From Flaccisagitta enflata (Eukaryota): 64,000 bases of DNA. Positions 17,392 to 32,211 of this stretch are shown here, one piece after another. The stretch is from the NCBI GenBank assembly GCA_965153355.1, contig OZ231126.1:46190001-46254000 (forward strand), written 5' to 3'. Made by a program: the position numbers and the translations under genes. The notes beneath the pieces are model-generated. The model searched no databases. It worked only from the letters and a program-made list of their open reading frames with translations, and was not told the DNA's origin. The first letter of the stretch is position 1; every line of letters starts with the position of its first letter.

Positions 17392-17753
17392 ATGGTCGCG
17401 CCTAGGTAATAAAAACTATGCCATACTGGACAACGTAACCTCTTTCATAAAATGACAATTCCCATCTCCGTCCGCGATTCTGATGGTTACCTCAGGTTTT
17501 CTCTATTTATACAGGGTCATCATATAAGCTATGCCTTCCTCACTTTCTTTTCCAGGGTGAATATTTTTCATTCAATTTGTCTCTTTTTCGTAATCGGCGG
17601 CACCTCTCGATGAAGGCCCAAAAACGCTGATCCGGTTTTCAAATTCGATCTCGAGAAGATGAGACGCGATATGGCGGAGCTCCGATCAACTGACCATTGT
17701 AGAATGTAGGTAGTGTCATATGAGGCGGTGTTTGTTGCACACTATGATGTTAG

Positions 17754-17955
17754 AACAAGGCCGGATACACGGCTACCCCAGTCGCGTGTGGGTGGGCAGG
17801 GGACGTAATTGAGGCGACCAGAAAATTTGGGCAGGAGCAGTGAGGCCAAAAACCGCAAAAAAACCAAAAAAGTAAAGTGTGAGGGACCGACGGACCGACA
17901 GACCAACGGACGGACCGACAAAGCGGGGTGTAGTCGCGTAGCACACGACTAAAAA
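17754..17955 (-). mobile_element. HINE family A copy
   Basis: AACAAGGCCGGATACACGGC...AGTCGCGTG...(GGAC/CGAC)n...GTCGCGTAGCACACGACTAAAAA. Confidence 0.85.
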
Positions 17956-18009
17956 TTCGGCATATTGTATTTAGATGATCATTGATCCAGATTCTGCTCG
18001 ATATCATTT

Positions 18010-18580
18010 GGGTGCTTCACATAACAAAAGTTGGGAGTATCCCCTAACTTGAGTTGCTTAACATAGGGGGAAAAATGTAAAAGTAATTTAAAAGAAAAAA
18101 AATAAATAAGAATATATGTCAATAACGCGTTTAAGGTTGTTGCTAAAAAAATAAAATAGAAAATAATTAAAAAAAAAGAATAATAATTATATTAAAAAAA
18201 ATTTTCTCACAATATATATTTATATACTGATTTAATTATCTTAACAATGAAGTCAGATATACGGCAAAATAGTCATGGACAATTGAGCAGGAGCATTAAT
18301 GTAAAATTGGATCACAATTCAAAAATTAAAAAAAAAAAAAATAATAAAATAATAGTAAAAATTAAAAAAATCATATTAAATTAGATAAAAACAAGGGTGG
18401 ATACATGTCAATCAAGTTGCAGACAGTTGGGCGGGAGCAGTAATGCAAAAACCGCTTGCAATTTTAAGAATATTTTGGACAGACGGACGGATGGACAAAC
18501 AGAGTAACATGGCAAAATGTAGTCAAATGTCGGCGACTAAAAACAAAAAAATCCCTAACTTGTGCTATGTGAAGTACCCA
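18010..18580. mobile_element. MITE family with GGGTGCTTCACATAGCAAAAGTT termini (second copy at ~20814-21322)
   Basis: Inverted terminal motif pairs at 18010/18580 and 20814/21322; an extra end at ~18816. Confidence 0.6.
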
Positions 18581-18589
18581 AACCCTTTA

Positions 18590-18745
<156 letters not shown>

Positions 18746-18824
18746 AGTCTGACAGACTGACTGGGTGTCTGCTCTAAAAAAAAAAAAATCCCCAACATGT
18801 GTCATGTGAAGCACCCTCTCCATG

Positions 18825-18957
<133 letters not shown>

Positions 18958-19498
18958 TTGACAGACTCGCGACTTCGTTCGTTGATCAGCGCTGACATTC
19001 GAAATGAAAGTTTGCAAAAGCGGGAAGCTGGAGATGCCGCCTAGAGGATCAAGTAGACAAAGACGCCTTATGGTACGGTAATTACACGAATTATGTCGGT
19101 CCTTCCGGCTAAATTGCGCGATCCTATTTTATAAGAACCTCAAAATAATGTTAGACTCATATGGATACATTGAGCCTTGTTATTTGAATAAATTGATTTG
19201 AATTTTAAGTCAATTTCATTCGATAAATAAGTGTCGACTCAAGAAAAAAAGAGCCTTGTCATTTCCAAAAAATTGAATGCAGAAGCAAAAATCAGTTGAT
19301 TTAGCCTCGGAAACAAGAGACGAGACATCAATTGACTGAAATTTTCCAACTCGATCTGCACTCAAAAAATGCCATCCCATGGCCACATTTCACCCAAGTT
19401 TGAGTCTTTTTCTCTTTCTCTTTCTCCTTTCTTTCTCTTTCTCTCCTTCCTTCCTTCCTTCCTTTCTTACTGCCTTTCTTCCTTCCTTCCTTTTTCCC

Positions 19499-20025
19499 CT
19501 TTTTGGGCAGCCCCAAAGGGCCGATGTCTGTAGGATACAGGGGTGAATTTCAAGACGTCCGTCCATCCTTCCGTCCGTCCGTCATATCCGTCCCCCTTGG
19601 CATTGGAGCCTCAAGTCTGCCAACTTAGGCCTGATTTTGACCCTCTGAGCCCTCAAATTAGCCCTTTCAGACCTCAATTTAGCCTTAAAGAGCTCAAATC
19701 TGCCCTCCAGACCTCATATCTGCCCTCAAGACCTCAAATCAGCCCTCTAGACTTCAAATCTGCCAAGTTTGACCTCAAATTTGGCCTTGAATTTGACCCT
19801 TAGACCCCAAGCCTCCCCCTAAAACCTCGAATCTGCTCTTTTGGACTAAATTCTGCTATCCCGATTTCAAATCTGCCTCAGGACGTCTCGAAATTCACCC
19901 CTGTGTCCTACAGGCCATTGGCCCTTTGGGGCCGCTGCCCTGCTCTCACTCCACTACTTCACTTGATCACTCCAAGCAGGGCATCGGGTACCGCTGACCA
20001 TGTGCGATCCTTGGATGACTAGTTT
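19499..20025 (+). mobile_element. HINE-like family C3 with internal ~21-bp minisatellite
   Basis: 5' TTTTGGGCAGCCCCAAAGGGCCGATGTC; inverted copy near the 3' end; tail GGGTACCGCTGACCATGTGCGATCCTTGGATGACT shared with 42974-43542, 44952-45470 and 62375-62798. Confidence 0.8.
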
Positions 20026-20313
20026 TTCCCTTTTTCCTCCCTCAAATTGATAAGTCCGACTCTTGATCCCCGCGTTCCCCTATTTCTGCCACCCTGCTTA
20101 CTAAACCTAGTCACATGCAAAAGCCCGCTTCCATTATATGTTTTTGTTTTAATTGCAGCCTTGTTTCCGGGAATTGGTCTTCCAAAGCGCGTTTTCGAGC
20201 CATGTGGGACTGTTGGACACCTGGCTTCTGCAAAGACGACGATTTGATCAATGCTCAATGGAACCAAAGTCAAAGATGCAGTGACATCGAGGTGTGTGTG
20301 TGTGTGTGTGTGT

Positions 20314-20392
<79 letters not shown>

Positions 20393-21970
20393 TGATAGAC
20401 GCGTCTTTTGGTTTATTGGTTAATGAGTCACATTTTTAGTCACAGATGCGCGGCTCTTCAAGCCACTTTTGCGTCTTTCCGTCCGTCCATCCGTCACAGT
20501 TGTTTAAGGTTTTCCGCTACTGCCCACACATCCTGATAAGATGTGTATATGGCCTTGTTATCATGTGATCTCCAATTTTCTTCATATTGTTGTTATCTCC
20601 ATTTACAGGGTAACCCACTGCTATTTGATGCCATCCTATTCAGTGGCGTTTTCCGCATCATCCCTGTCTCAATCGTCCGTTCATAAAAGTCAGCGATCCC
20701 AAGGAAGATCCATGAAGAGAATCAAATATTTAACTAAGACTACTTGGATATTAATCTTTAACTAAGACAACTTGGATTCCCCCCTGCCTTTGATTTCCTT
20801 CCCCGCGACGCTTGGGTGCTTCACATAGCAAAAGTTGTTTATTTCTTCTTGCCCTCTTTACTTAATGTGGAGTGGCCAATTTTAGGACCCTTACCATTTT
20901 TCTTTTATCATAAATTGTTCATTTTCCGTTATTTAGAAAATTGTTTTTGAGGGCCTACTTTGCATAATGCAGTGGGATAAAACAATATGCTGATATTGTT
21001 TGAATTAGCTTTTATAAATTTTTTTTTTTAAGAATTACAATTCTGCCTTTTCATAAGCTTTTTCATAGCTTATGTTATAAGATTTTAGTTTCTTTTTACA
21101 AGTAACATAATTTTCTAAAACAAATAATTGTCCTTTTTGTAACAAAACTACAGAGGATTTTGCTGAATTTGGGGAAATCTGTGGAAATTTTAAAGCCAAA
21201 ACAAAAATGGAAGATGAAGGAATTTTGAAAAAAGGAAAATGGTCATCTTAATGATTTTTGTATCTCCACATTACCTAAGCAGGGTGAAGGGATACTCCCA
21301 ACTTTTGCTATGCGAAGCACGCAACCACGACGCATTAAAAAATCTGATGTTCTACCCCACATTGTTTTTGAGATTTATTGTTAAGTTGTGTATTACTAAT
21401 TTGCCTGAAAGGGCCTGGGGGGATTGATGGACGGACAGACGGATGGACAAACGAAATTCCCCCTGTGTTCTACAGGACTTCGTGCCCTTCTGGGCTGCGG
21501 CCTTGCTTCCTCTTCTCCAATTCACAATCATGCAAGGCAGGGCAACGGGTATCGCTGACCACTTATTGCCCTTGGGCGATCTGTATGATTTGGTACTGTA
21601 TGATTTGGTACTGTAATTTAAGTTTTATTTTCCCCAAATTTTCTTTTTTTCCCCTTTTTTTTCCCCTTAGATTTCCTTCCCAATCTCCAAACCCTTTGAT
21701 TGATTTCCTTTTGTGCCTTGACTTACTTTTCAGTATTAACACGAGGAGATCAGTGTTTTGTTACACATTTGATATCTTTGCATGTCTTCTGGTTATGTAA
21801 AAAAAATTGTTGCAATGAATTATGGGCTTACGTCAATAATAAAAAACTTAAAAAGACAGTTATAAAAATTTAAAAGGTATTTTCAGAAAAAGCTGTTGGG
21901 TTCATTGGGAAAAAGGCAAAAATGGGCGGATATAAGAGAAATTAGTTTTGTCACCTCTCTTTTTCTCTCT

Positions 21971-22070
<100 letters not shown>

Positions 22071-22869
22071 CATACTTTAATGTCGGCCTTGTTTTTATCA
22101 AAATACACTTTTTTTTTAATTAGAACCAAGTTCATAAGAACGTAAAATCTTAAAAAATTTAGGAATATGCTCAAAATATTAAAATGCTTCTTTTTATCAT
22201 TGAATGTAATTAGCCAGGACATAATTTATAAGTTTTTACCGCATGCTTAATTCTATTTTCATTCACTAAGAATTTTTAACTTGCTGCTTTGTTGTTTAAT
22301 TGACATTTTCTTTCATTTTTCTGAGAAGACAAACTCGAACCAATGAAATAATGTATTAGACAAAGAACAATTTAAGAACATTTAAGTCTTAAATCTGCCC
22401 AAAATATAAGAACATTGAAGGCATGCCCATAAAGTGATGTTCTTTTAAAACAAGTGACGCGGGGTCACAATATCGTTGCGGATGGGTGGGCAGGGGCATC
22501 CAACCCTAAACCCACCTCCAACACTCAAACATACACAAAAAGTATCGAAAACGCTCGTTTTCAACTCGATCACCATGACGGACCGACGGACGGACCGACG
22601 GACGGACAAAGCCTCTTATAGAGTTGCGTGTCCGCATTTAAAAACATCGAAACATCGAAGCTCGAGATTTGAACAGGTTGATTACTGAAGTGAACAGTCG
22701 GCGATGCGGTCATGCGGAGAAGACAGAATTACAGCAGTATTTACAGTGTCAGGATCTGCAAGGGCGATTTTTCGGACTGCCAGGGTGATATGTTGGACAT
22801 ACACTTCATTCTACGTGTATCAATTTCTCTGTCTATATGTCTTTCTGTCTGCCTGTTTGTCTGTCTGTC

Positions 22870-23640
22870 CTTTAGTCGGGAAAAAAAGTCGAAGTCAGTC
22901 TTCGACTTTTTGACATTCAAGAGAAACATGGTTTTAATTTTTTTAATAAAAAGTTTCAAAATTCGATCAACTAATTGAGGCCATTAATGAAATTGATAGG
23001 GTAAGTAAATTTGATAATTTTCCTTCATTTAGCACTAAGCAGAATGCTCTATGACAAATATTTTTTGCGTTATGATTTTTTAAAGATCTATTTGCAGAAA
23101 ATTCAAATTGAATCTTTCCAATATATTATAATTTTAAGTAGGATCAATGAAGGAGTGTATTTATGTTAGAGTATGCAAATACAAGATAACATGTTAAAGA
23201 TTATAGCTGCTCATCTGTGAGGGTGTTAAGGGGCTCATTAAGCTTATTTAGCTCAATCGTTTTTTTTTTCAAATGCAATAAATGAATAAATGTTTTGATA
23301 CATGCTGATACAAAAAAGTATATTCGTGAGCATAGCTGCTTATCTTTTTTTGTTTGATGGGATAAATAAATTAATGTTTTGATATGAGCATGCAAATACA
23401 AAAAAGCATATCAGTGAGCATAATTGGTTGTCTCATTGAGTTACTTTGATTAATCTAGTTCATCTAGCTCATATGGCTCAGTCCGTTTTTCTCTGATTTT
23501 TAGTGTGATCAATATACACAATTGCTCCTAATTTGATGTAATAGATAAAAAAAATTTCAGTGACTGAAGCCAAAAGCTTAGTAAAAAGTGATCAATGATT
23601 ACAACTTTTTTCCTCACAGCGACAGCCGCCATTACTGGTA
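22870..23640 (+). mobile_element. HINE-like family F (~770 bp, GAGCTAAAT/ATTTAGCTC internal repeats)
   Basis: 5' TTTAGTCGGGAAAAAAAGTCGAAG-TCAGT-CTTCGACTTTTT hairpin; 3' subterminal IR ACTTTTTTCC followed by a short GC-rich motif GCGACAGCCGCC. Other copies: 27846-28490 (-), 28497-28728 (+, partial), 61425-63822 (-, interrupted). Confidence 0.7.
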
Positions 23641-23815
23641 AGAGGCGCACAAAATCACATTTTCAAGGAAAAACAATAAACAGGGAATGAATGACGCTAA
23701 TTAGGAAAAGTTGTGCAAGACCAATAGTTTACTCATAAGGCCTTAATTACCACCTTCTCCCTGTTTTGATTTATCGGAAAATACGCAAGGTCGATAATTC
23801 CGAGAGAGCCAAACA

Positions 23816-24130
23816 TTTTTAGTCGCGGACACGCGACTCTACACCTTGCCATGTTGGTCCGTCGGTCCGTCCCGTAACATTTTTAGTCGCCGACACGCGA
23901 CTCTATAATCCACTTTTCGGTCCGTCGGTCCATCGGTCCGTCCGCCCGTCTGTCCGTCTGTCTGTCGGTCCGTCGGTAACAAAGTCACTTTTTTGAGGTT
24001 TTCCGCTCCTGCCCACCCATCCGCGACTAATGCTGCCGTGTATACGGCCTTGTTGAATTCCGAGTGGTTTTCGCACTACTGCTCCTGACCAACCAACCGC
24101 GACTGTATTGCCCTGTATCCGGCCTTGTTT
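23816..24130 (+). mobile_element. HINE nested in a HINE
   Basis: A complete copy at ~23879-24054 (TTTTTAGTCGCC...GGCCTTGTT) splits an outer copy whose 5' end is at 23816 and whose 3' hairpin ends at 24130. Confidence 0.75.
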
Positions 24131-27100
24131 CTGATCTATTGATAGCAATTTTCACCATGAGTGTATATAGTTCCATAGGACGGCGAATTTTCGAAGGAAA
24201 ATTAAGTGTTTCACCATACTTTTTGCATCATTATCAGCACAATAATAATGTAGGAATGTTTTTAATAGACAAATTATCTTTAAAAACACTTGGTGTATAC
24301 ATATTTATCATATTCTGACCGCAAAAGTAATTTAAACTGTGCATTTTACATAAAAAAAGACAAGAAAGTTAAGGTTTTAATGAAATCTCGCTTACATTTT
24401 TTTATTTTTTCTTGCCGTTTAAATTTCAAGACTTTCAAATGCAAGGAAATTTTGTATTTTAAAAAATATAGTTCTCTCAGTAATTGTTTTTGGAAGAAGA
24501 CTATGTTTTTTATTTTTTCATTTTTTCATTTTCTATGCGATCTAAGAATTTAAACGGGCTCCCTGTCAGTGACCAAATATGAAATTTTCTGCAGTATGCA
24601 ATATATTTTCTTTATCAACTTTACTATTATTTGGTGCTATTTCATGATTTAATGCAAATTTTGCAATAAAATAATAAATGTGACTTATTTCAATGATTAT
24701 TTTTGTATAATCATTCAGTTTTAGGTTAAATTTTTTTTCAGGGGGTTAAGGTAATTTTTTTGCATTTTTCTTCCGTCTCAGGTACTGATTAATCCATGAA
24801 GTGGTTTCATGTACTAGAAACGATTCACCAAGTCCGTATTTGAGTATATGCATCAAAATTTTTTAAAATAATCGCATTTTTTTCTTTATTTCAGTCCAAA
24901 ACCATGATAGATTATTGCTAAAAAATGTGTACAAATATGTAACACATAGAAATGAATAAATTTCTAGCTTATTTAGCTTCCAACAAATCAAAGAAGGCGT
25001 CTTACTATCTCTGTTGGTCTCTGAGAGAAAAATAAAAAAAAAATTATAGCGATATCTTCATTTTTACTTGAGATATTCTTCTTGAAAGTTGGAAGTATCA
25101 ACTACGCGATACAAGCATTAATTGAGTCAACTCCATGCAACCAACTTTCTTTTTCTTCTGGGCATCATTCAGTGATTTAAGGCCGTTTTTCAATTGCGCT
25201 CCCTAGGCCTGTGCCTTAGTGAGCAAAAACAACCGTTGGTTTTGTCGCAACCTTCGCAAAACTCATTTTTTCTCTCGCTACAAGACTGACCCTATTTCCG
25301 CTTTTTTTAAGACGTTGTGTTCCATTTTGTCACATGAGCCAATATAGTGTCATATTCCGTGGTTTGACATTGAAAGTTGATTTTAACCTTTCATATACCT
25401 CGATTAATAAGTTTTCTTCACTGCGAAAAGAGAAAACAGAATCATTGAATCATAAAGTATCAAGAGGGCCACGAAGAACAATGCCCCTATTTCCGTTTTT
25501 TTTAAGACGATTGGCTGAAAATAAGCGTAAAAGGCCCATAACTTCTGTAACGTACTTTAACTATATTTTTAGTGTTCTGACGGATGGAAATGCGTGCTAA
25601 TGATGAGGAAACGCCAGTAGATGCTTCCAATTAGTAATTTTATCATAAACTCGTCGTCGTCGTCGTCGTCGTCATCGTCATTGTCCGAACGTTAAAGAGT
25701 GGGATAACTTTGAAAATACAAGAGTAAGGACGATTAATTTTCGCATGTAGGCTCCCTCAGACAAACATTTCTAGTTGCGGATACCCAACTTTGTCTGTCC
25801 GTCCGTCTGTCCGTCCGTCCGCTAAACTTACCTTATGCTTAACTTAACAATAGCGGATCAATTTGGTTGAAAATCGATGTGAATAGCGTTGACGCAAGTG
25901 AGTCTAAATCACTAGATCTCATCGCCAAAAGTAACAATTCGACAGAATAGAACATTAAGAGTCGTATTCAGGGAGAAAAATATAGGTTAAGGTAGATTTT
26001 TTTTTCAGGCGGCCTGGTGTTTTTATGCCATTTGCAATCGAATTTTGCGCTTCACTTTCCATCCAAGGCTTTTCAGCACCCAATATCATTTCCAGAGATC
26101 GTATTTGAGTCTAAGAACTTAAGTTTTTTAAAAAATTAGCGATTTTCATGTGATTGCAGTTAAAAATAATGATCAATTTTTGGTAAAATTTGTGTAGCAA
26201 ATGTGTAGCACAGAGAAGTACTAATATTTTGGGGCAAATTTTACTTCATTCATACCGTGAGAAACGCGGAATTATATCAATTTGCTTTTTAGAGAAAGAT
26301 GAAAAAAAAAGGCGTTATGTATATTTTGACGCGAAAAAACTTGCTCAAGAGATGCAGTATCAGAAACACCAAAATTGCTTTGAACCCATCAATTCTATGT
26401 GTTATTTCATAATCTTTTAGAGGGGATCTGGCAAGTTAATTAAAGTGATTTATCTGTCGCAGTCCCTAGATCTAGGCCTAATAGACTGAAGACGACCGTT
26501 GATTTGATCATCACAATCGCAAGAGATATTCCTTATCCGCTTTTCCGACCAGCCATATTTCGGACGCTTTAAGAAGACATGTTACATTTTGTCACAGATG
26601 TTGCTATCATGTCATATTCTGTTGTTAGGCAATCTATGTTGAATGAAACTTTTTTTTACCCTCGTTGGCATGTTTTCTACTCTGCAAAAAAAGAAAACGA
26701 AACAATTGGACGTAATGATATCAGAGTTGATCACGTGACAGGTTGACCGTATTTCGGACGTTTTAAGAAAATAGGCGGAAAAAAGTGAAAGTTGCCAGCG
26801 CCAATTTTAATACCTATAAGGTTGCTCAGAAGTCCGTATTTGCAAGCTAATGAATAGGAAACACTGAAGAATGTCGTTGTCGTCGTCGTCGTCGTCACTA
26901 TGTTTGAAAGAAGCGTAAATTTTTAACGCCTCGGTTGGGAACGTTGAAATTTGGTATGGATACTCAGAAAGGGTTAAGCTAATGCATTTTAACGATTTCT
27001 TGGGCTTTGCTCATAAACACTTGCCAAACTGGTCAAAAAACCGGTCAAAACTGGTCAAAATTGATTGAAACGGGAGCAAAGAAAGAATGACATTGACAAT

Positions 27101-29077
27101 CATTTAATGGTTTTGAGAATAAAGTTTAACAGTATAGATCTACATGATATGAAAGTTGAAACAACATTGCCCTTATAAAAGGAGGCCAGAATTCTCCAAT
27201 TAACAAAGGATGAAAGCCTTGCAAGCTTTCAATGGTGTTTACTCCGGATTGCTCACAACTATCCTTTACTGCTGACAAAAAAAAGCTTACCTGACAAAAC
27301 AATCAGCTTGACTGCATACCTCATTAGTATAGGGTTGGACAGGCCTATACCATTTAGTATACACAAAATATCTTACAAAAGTTACAATCAAAGATTACTA
27401 ATGTACTGATGGAAGTACTGACACTAGCAATATTGATTAGAAAACCATACCCATATATAGGAATTCCTCTCATAAAGAGCTCTAACATGAAGATAGAGGG
27501 ATCAAGCTGGAGAGAAAATTAAGAAAGACCTATTAAATTTCTAAGAGATAAATTCTACATCAATTACTCGTTGATTAAAGGTTTAATTTTTTGTCAGGGG
27601 GTTAAGGTAATTTTTTTGCGATTTTCTTTCGTCTCGGGTACCGATTAGTCCAAGTGGTTTCATGTGCCCGAAACTATTCAACCAGTCCGTATTTGAGTGT
27701 ATGCATCGAAATTTTCTAAAATAATCGCATTTTTTTCTTTATTTCAGTCCAAGCTAATGTTAGATTATTGCTAAAATTGAATAGTTTTTATATTTTTATA
27801 TTTTATATCTTTATATTTTATATCTTTATATTTTTTATGATTTTGTACCAACAATGGCGACTGTCGCCGTGAGTAAAAAAGTCGTAAACCTTGGTCACTT
27901 TTCACCAAACTTTTGTTTTTAGTCATTGCAAATCAAATCAAGAGCAATTGTATGTATTCATTTCACTGAAAATCAGAGAAAAATATGACGTAGCCAAATG
28001 AGCTAGATGAGCTAAAATGCTCAAAATCACCCAACCAGACAATCAGCTATGCTCACTGACATGCTTTCTTGTATTTACATGCTCTCATCAAAACATTTAT
28101 TTATCCCATTAAAAAAAAAAAAAAAAAAAACTGAGCTAAATGAGCTAAGTGAGCTAAAATGCTTAAAAAGACCCTCACAGATGAGAAGTTGTGCTCACTG
28201 ATATGCTTTTTTGTATCTGCTTTCTTAAACATGTATCAAAATATTTAATCATTTTGAATTTTTTGTAAATAAATCTTTAAAAAATCATAGCGCGAAAAAT
28301 ATTTTTCATAGAGAATTCTGCTTGGTGCAAAATGAAAGGGAATTATCAAATTAACTTACCCTATAAATTTCATTGGAGGCCTCAATCGCTCGATTGAGAC
28401 CCACAACTTTCGCAGAAGAAAATGAAAACCTTGTTTCTCTCGAATATATCAAAAAGTTGAAGACTGACTTCAACTTTTTTCCCGACAAAAAAACATGTCA
28501 GTGAGTATAACTGGTTGTCTGGTTAAGTGATTTTGAGTATTTCAGTTCATCGAGCTCATTTGGCTCAGTCCTACTTTTCTCTGATTTTCAGTGCGATCAA
28601 TACATACCATTGCTCTTGATTTGATAGAACAAATGAAAAAGATTGCAGTGACTGAAAATAAAAACTAAGTGAAAAGTGACCAATGCTTACGACTATTTTC
28701 CTCACGGCGACAGCCGCCATTATTGGTAAACTTGTTCTTACTCCAAAAAAAAGTGTAGTAACGGCGATCTGACTCACGTTTCTTTTTCAGTCCAGCATCT
28801 TCTGCTTTTCTAGGTCTATCCCTTGGCTTTCTAGGTTTTTTTTTGGTCATGATGACCGTCAAAATATGAAGAGCATTGAAATTTACCTTAGGTGGCAGAA
28901 AAAAAAAACATTTCGAAAAAATGTTAAAATGTTTGAATCAGAGACCTTTTAATACAGAGAGCGTAGTAACATTGTATTCCATGCTAGTCAGCGCGAGAGC
29001 AAGCCGCAAGCATTTGAGCTGAAGATGAAAACACTTTTGTACGCAGTTGTGGGATAAGAGTTAGTAGCTATTCTGTG

Positions 29078-29262
29078 TTTTTAGTCGCGTGCTACGACCC
29101 TGCTTTGTCTGTCGGTCCGTCCATCCATCCGTCACACTTTTTGTTTTTTTTTGTTTTTGCGGTCTTTGGCCTCACTGCTCCTGCCCAAACAATGGAGTGA
29201 CCTAAGATATAACCCCTGCCCACCCGCACGCGACTGTGGTAGCCGTGTATCCGGCCTTATTT
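29078..29262 (+). mobile_element. HINE family A copy (a related family copy follows at 29348-29593, -)
   Basis: TTTTTAGTCGCGTGCTACG...CACGCGACT...GCCGTGTATCCGGCCTT. Confidence 0.8.
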
Positions 29263-32211
29263 CTTTCATCTCCTAGTTATGCACTGGTGACTCTGTGAGC
29301 TGCCCTCTTTGCGTCGTTTTGGCAAGTGGAGCCAAGCTGGCAAGTGTCAACAAGTGACGAGGGGTCACAATATCGTTGCGGACGGGTGGGCAGGGGCAGC
29401 CAACCCCCATCCCCACCCATCGCCTCACCCAACTCCCATCCCCACCCAACGCCTCACCCAACCCCCCCCCTTCCGACACTGATACATACACAAAAAGCTT
29501 TTAAAACGCTTGTTTTCCTACTTTTTGACTCGTGCTTACGGACCAACGGACGGACGGACAAAGCCTTTTATAGAGTTGCGTCTCGGCAACTTAGAAACAA
29601 ATTTGTGCATTAAATGAAATAAAAGGCTCTTTGGGCAAAACACTGAACAAGTCCGCTTTGTGCCGCCAATAACTTCCATTGATTTTCTTAATTTGCATAA
29701 TTGAGTAAAATCTGTAATTTGCCAGCGAACTAAGCTTCGTTAAGCGCCAGATTTCCCAGAAATGATGTCGGGTGATCAATAGGAAAGGTTAAGAGCAGTT
29801 TCGGACAGATTCGAAAGATGAAAATTTTTCCAGTTGCCTTACCGCCTGACTACGGATCTTACCTTTATTCATTTTTCATTTTTGATTTTAGCCTCCATTG
29901 AAACACAAATTTTTTTTTTTTTCATGCTTGCCTTCGGAAGTACGCCGTCATAACCTCTGATTATTCCCCCCCCCTGCCTTTGATTTTCTTCCCCGCGACA
30001 CATGGCGCTGCATTTACAAATCTATGATTTTTTCCCCATAAAGCAATAAAACAGTGTAGTTCAGGTTTAAATAGTGTTAAATTGTGTTTTGCTTATCATG
30101 CTCTATGATTTGTTACTGCCAAAAGATACATTTCTCCCAAATTTTCTTTTCTCTTTTTTCCTCCTTTTCCTTCCCTTTCTCCAAACCCACGGGGGGGAGG
30201 GGGTCGGTCCATCACTAAATTGTCTTTCAAGGTATTCTGCTCCTATCCACTGCACTCGTCCGCGACAAATGCCGCCGTGTACATGGCCGTGTTTTCCAGT
30301 TTTTTTTTCTTTCCCCCAGATTTCCACTTTTTTTCTTCCTCTTATCTTTTCCTTTTTAGTCGCGGACCCTCAACTCTAAAATGAGGCTTTGTCCGTCTGT
30401 CCGTTGGTCCATCTGTCGGTCCGTCCGTTAGTAATGATCGAGTTCCAAAGTGTGAAAACGCGCATTTCCGCTCTTGCCCACCCGTACGCAACGGCTTTTT
30501 TTTTCGAAGGCTTCATGTTCCTATTTTCAAAGCCAAGTAAAGCCTTCAACGTTCTTAGAGCATTCTAAATTCAAAATATTATATAAACTATAGGAAACCT
30601 TATATAATACTATTATTGATTTATACTAAATATATTTCTATAAAGTACTGTTAAACAAATGTTAAACATTAGTCTAAGGATGTTATCATAGTATTTATAT
30701 CAAAAGTTATGAAATATCATCTTGATTATACTAAAATTCAAGTATTTTATTAATGTTTTTCAAATCATACCTTGAGAGAAATTTTCTCCTCAAGATTTGA
30801 AACCTTGTATGTTCTTAAGATGTTCTTAATTTTGAGGCCATTCGAAGCCTTGATGTTCTTATAAACTAGGTTCTTATAAAAAAAAAGTGTATTCCCTTGT
30901 TTTTTTTCTCTCTCTCTTTTTCCTGTTTTCTTCTTCGTCCTCGTCTTCGTCTTTGTATTTGTCATCGTCGTCTTCGACGTCTTCATCGTCTTTCTCATTA
31001 TCGTCTTCGTCATTGTCTACATCATCTTAGTCATCATCTTTGTAGTCTTTGTGTTCTTCTTCTTCTTCTCCTCCTCCTCCTCCTCCTCCTCCTCCTTCTT
31101 CTTCTTCTTCTTCTTCTTCTTCTTCTTCTTCTTCTTCTTCTTCTTCTTCTTCTTCTTCTCTTTCTTCTTCTTCTTCTCCCCCGCCGCGTCGTACAATTTG
31201 ACTTGCGTTTAATCCGCCGCTGAATCGACGGCGCCGCCCTGCTCTAGTTCATGCTGTTACGGCATTGTTTCATAATTAACAGGTAATTCGTTAACACTAT
31301 GGGAAAGAGGGGGAAATTCTGTACTCTCAGTTTAAATCTTAAGTGATAACTCCAATTTGTTTGGTCACTGTGAAATTTCAAAGTTGATCTTCACAATTAC
31401 AGAAATAGAGATTGAATTGTATTTTACGTTGCGCAGAAAATTTATCGCGCGCGTTCTTAAGCAGGCTGCAGTCGATTCTCGTCTTGTGCAGAATTCAAAC
31501 TTGTGTTTGAAACTTAAGAATTTGTCAAGGCAGTTGAGTTCAAAGAAGAAAGAAAGTTAAAGTGGGTCGCCTTCAGAGAGGTTGATTACGATAAGTAAAA
31601 TTGACATAACATCTAAACTATTTAAGCAATCAACATGAAATTTGAAACATAGACGATTGATGATATGGCGGACATACGGTTAAAAAATGATGATCGTGAG
31701 CGGACATTAACAACGGGTGACCTCGATCTCTATTTAGGAATGACGGCATAGAAAAGAAATGTCCTCTTGTGTCAGTCAGCTTAAAGGTAGAAATAATTTC
31801 CTTGATTCTCAAATCAATATACAGCTTTGGCATCTTTTTGCATTTGTTGTGCCTATTTGCATGGTCCTCGACTGCTGGCCAGGCATGAACCGGTGTTGCG
31901 GTGGCGAATGAAAGTTGGACAACAAATACGTATATGTCACGCTTGAAGGAAGCGTACTCCGGTAAGAAGGATGAGCAACGTAATTCATTACTAAGTTTCC
32001 CATTGAGTGGAGAGTAGTGAGTCGTGAGTCCGCCATTAAGAGGGGAGGGGGGGAATTAAAATTTAAGAAAAAAACATACTCCTTAGGAAAGCCCACTCGA
32101 TATGCTCTTATGATACTCGCCATACCAAAAAGTAAATATCTATCTTGAGGCATTCACTAAGGGGCCGTTGCTTAAAAGAAGCTGTTCAGACGAATACAAA
32201 AATTCTTCGGT

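Noticed and set aside
27846-28728. Apparent 880-bp MITE with TA-CCAA termini
   Set aside because: Better explained as a full minus-strand family-F HINE next to a partial plus-strand copy; other copies (22870-23640) have the motif at one end only.
31630-32153. Two overlapping open frames downstream of the LRRC8-like stop
   Set aside because: No recognisable motif or LRR pattern and no convincing acceptor; more likely 3' UTR or intergenic.
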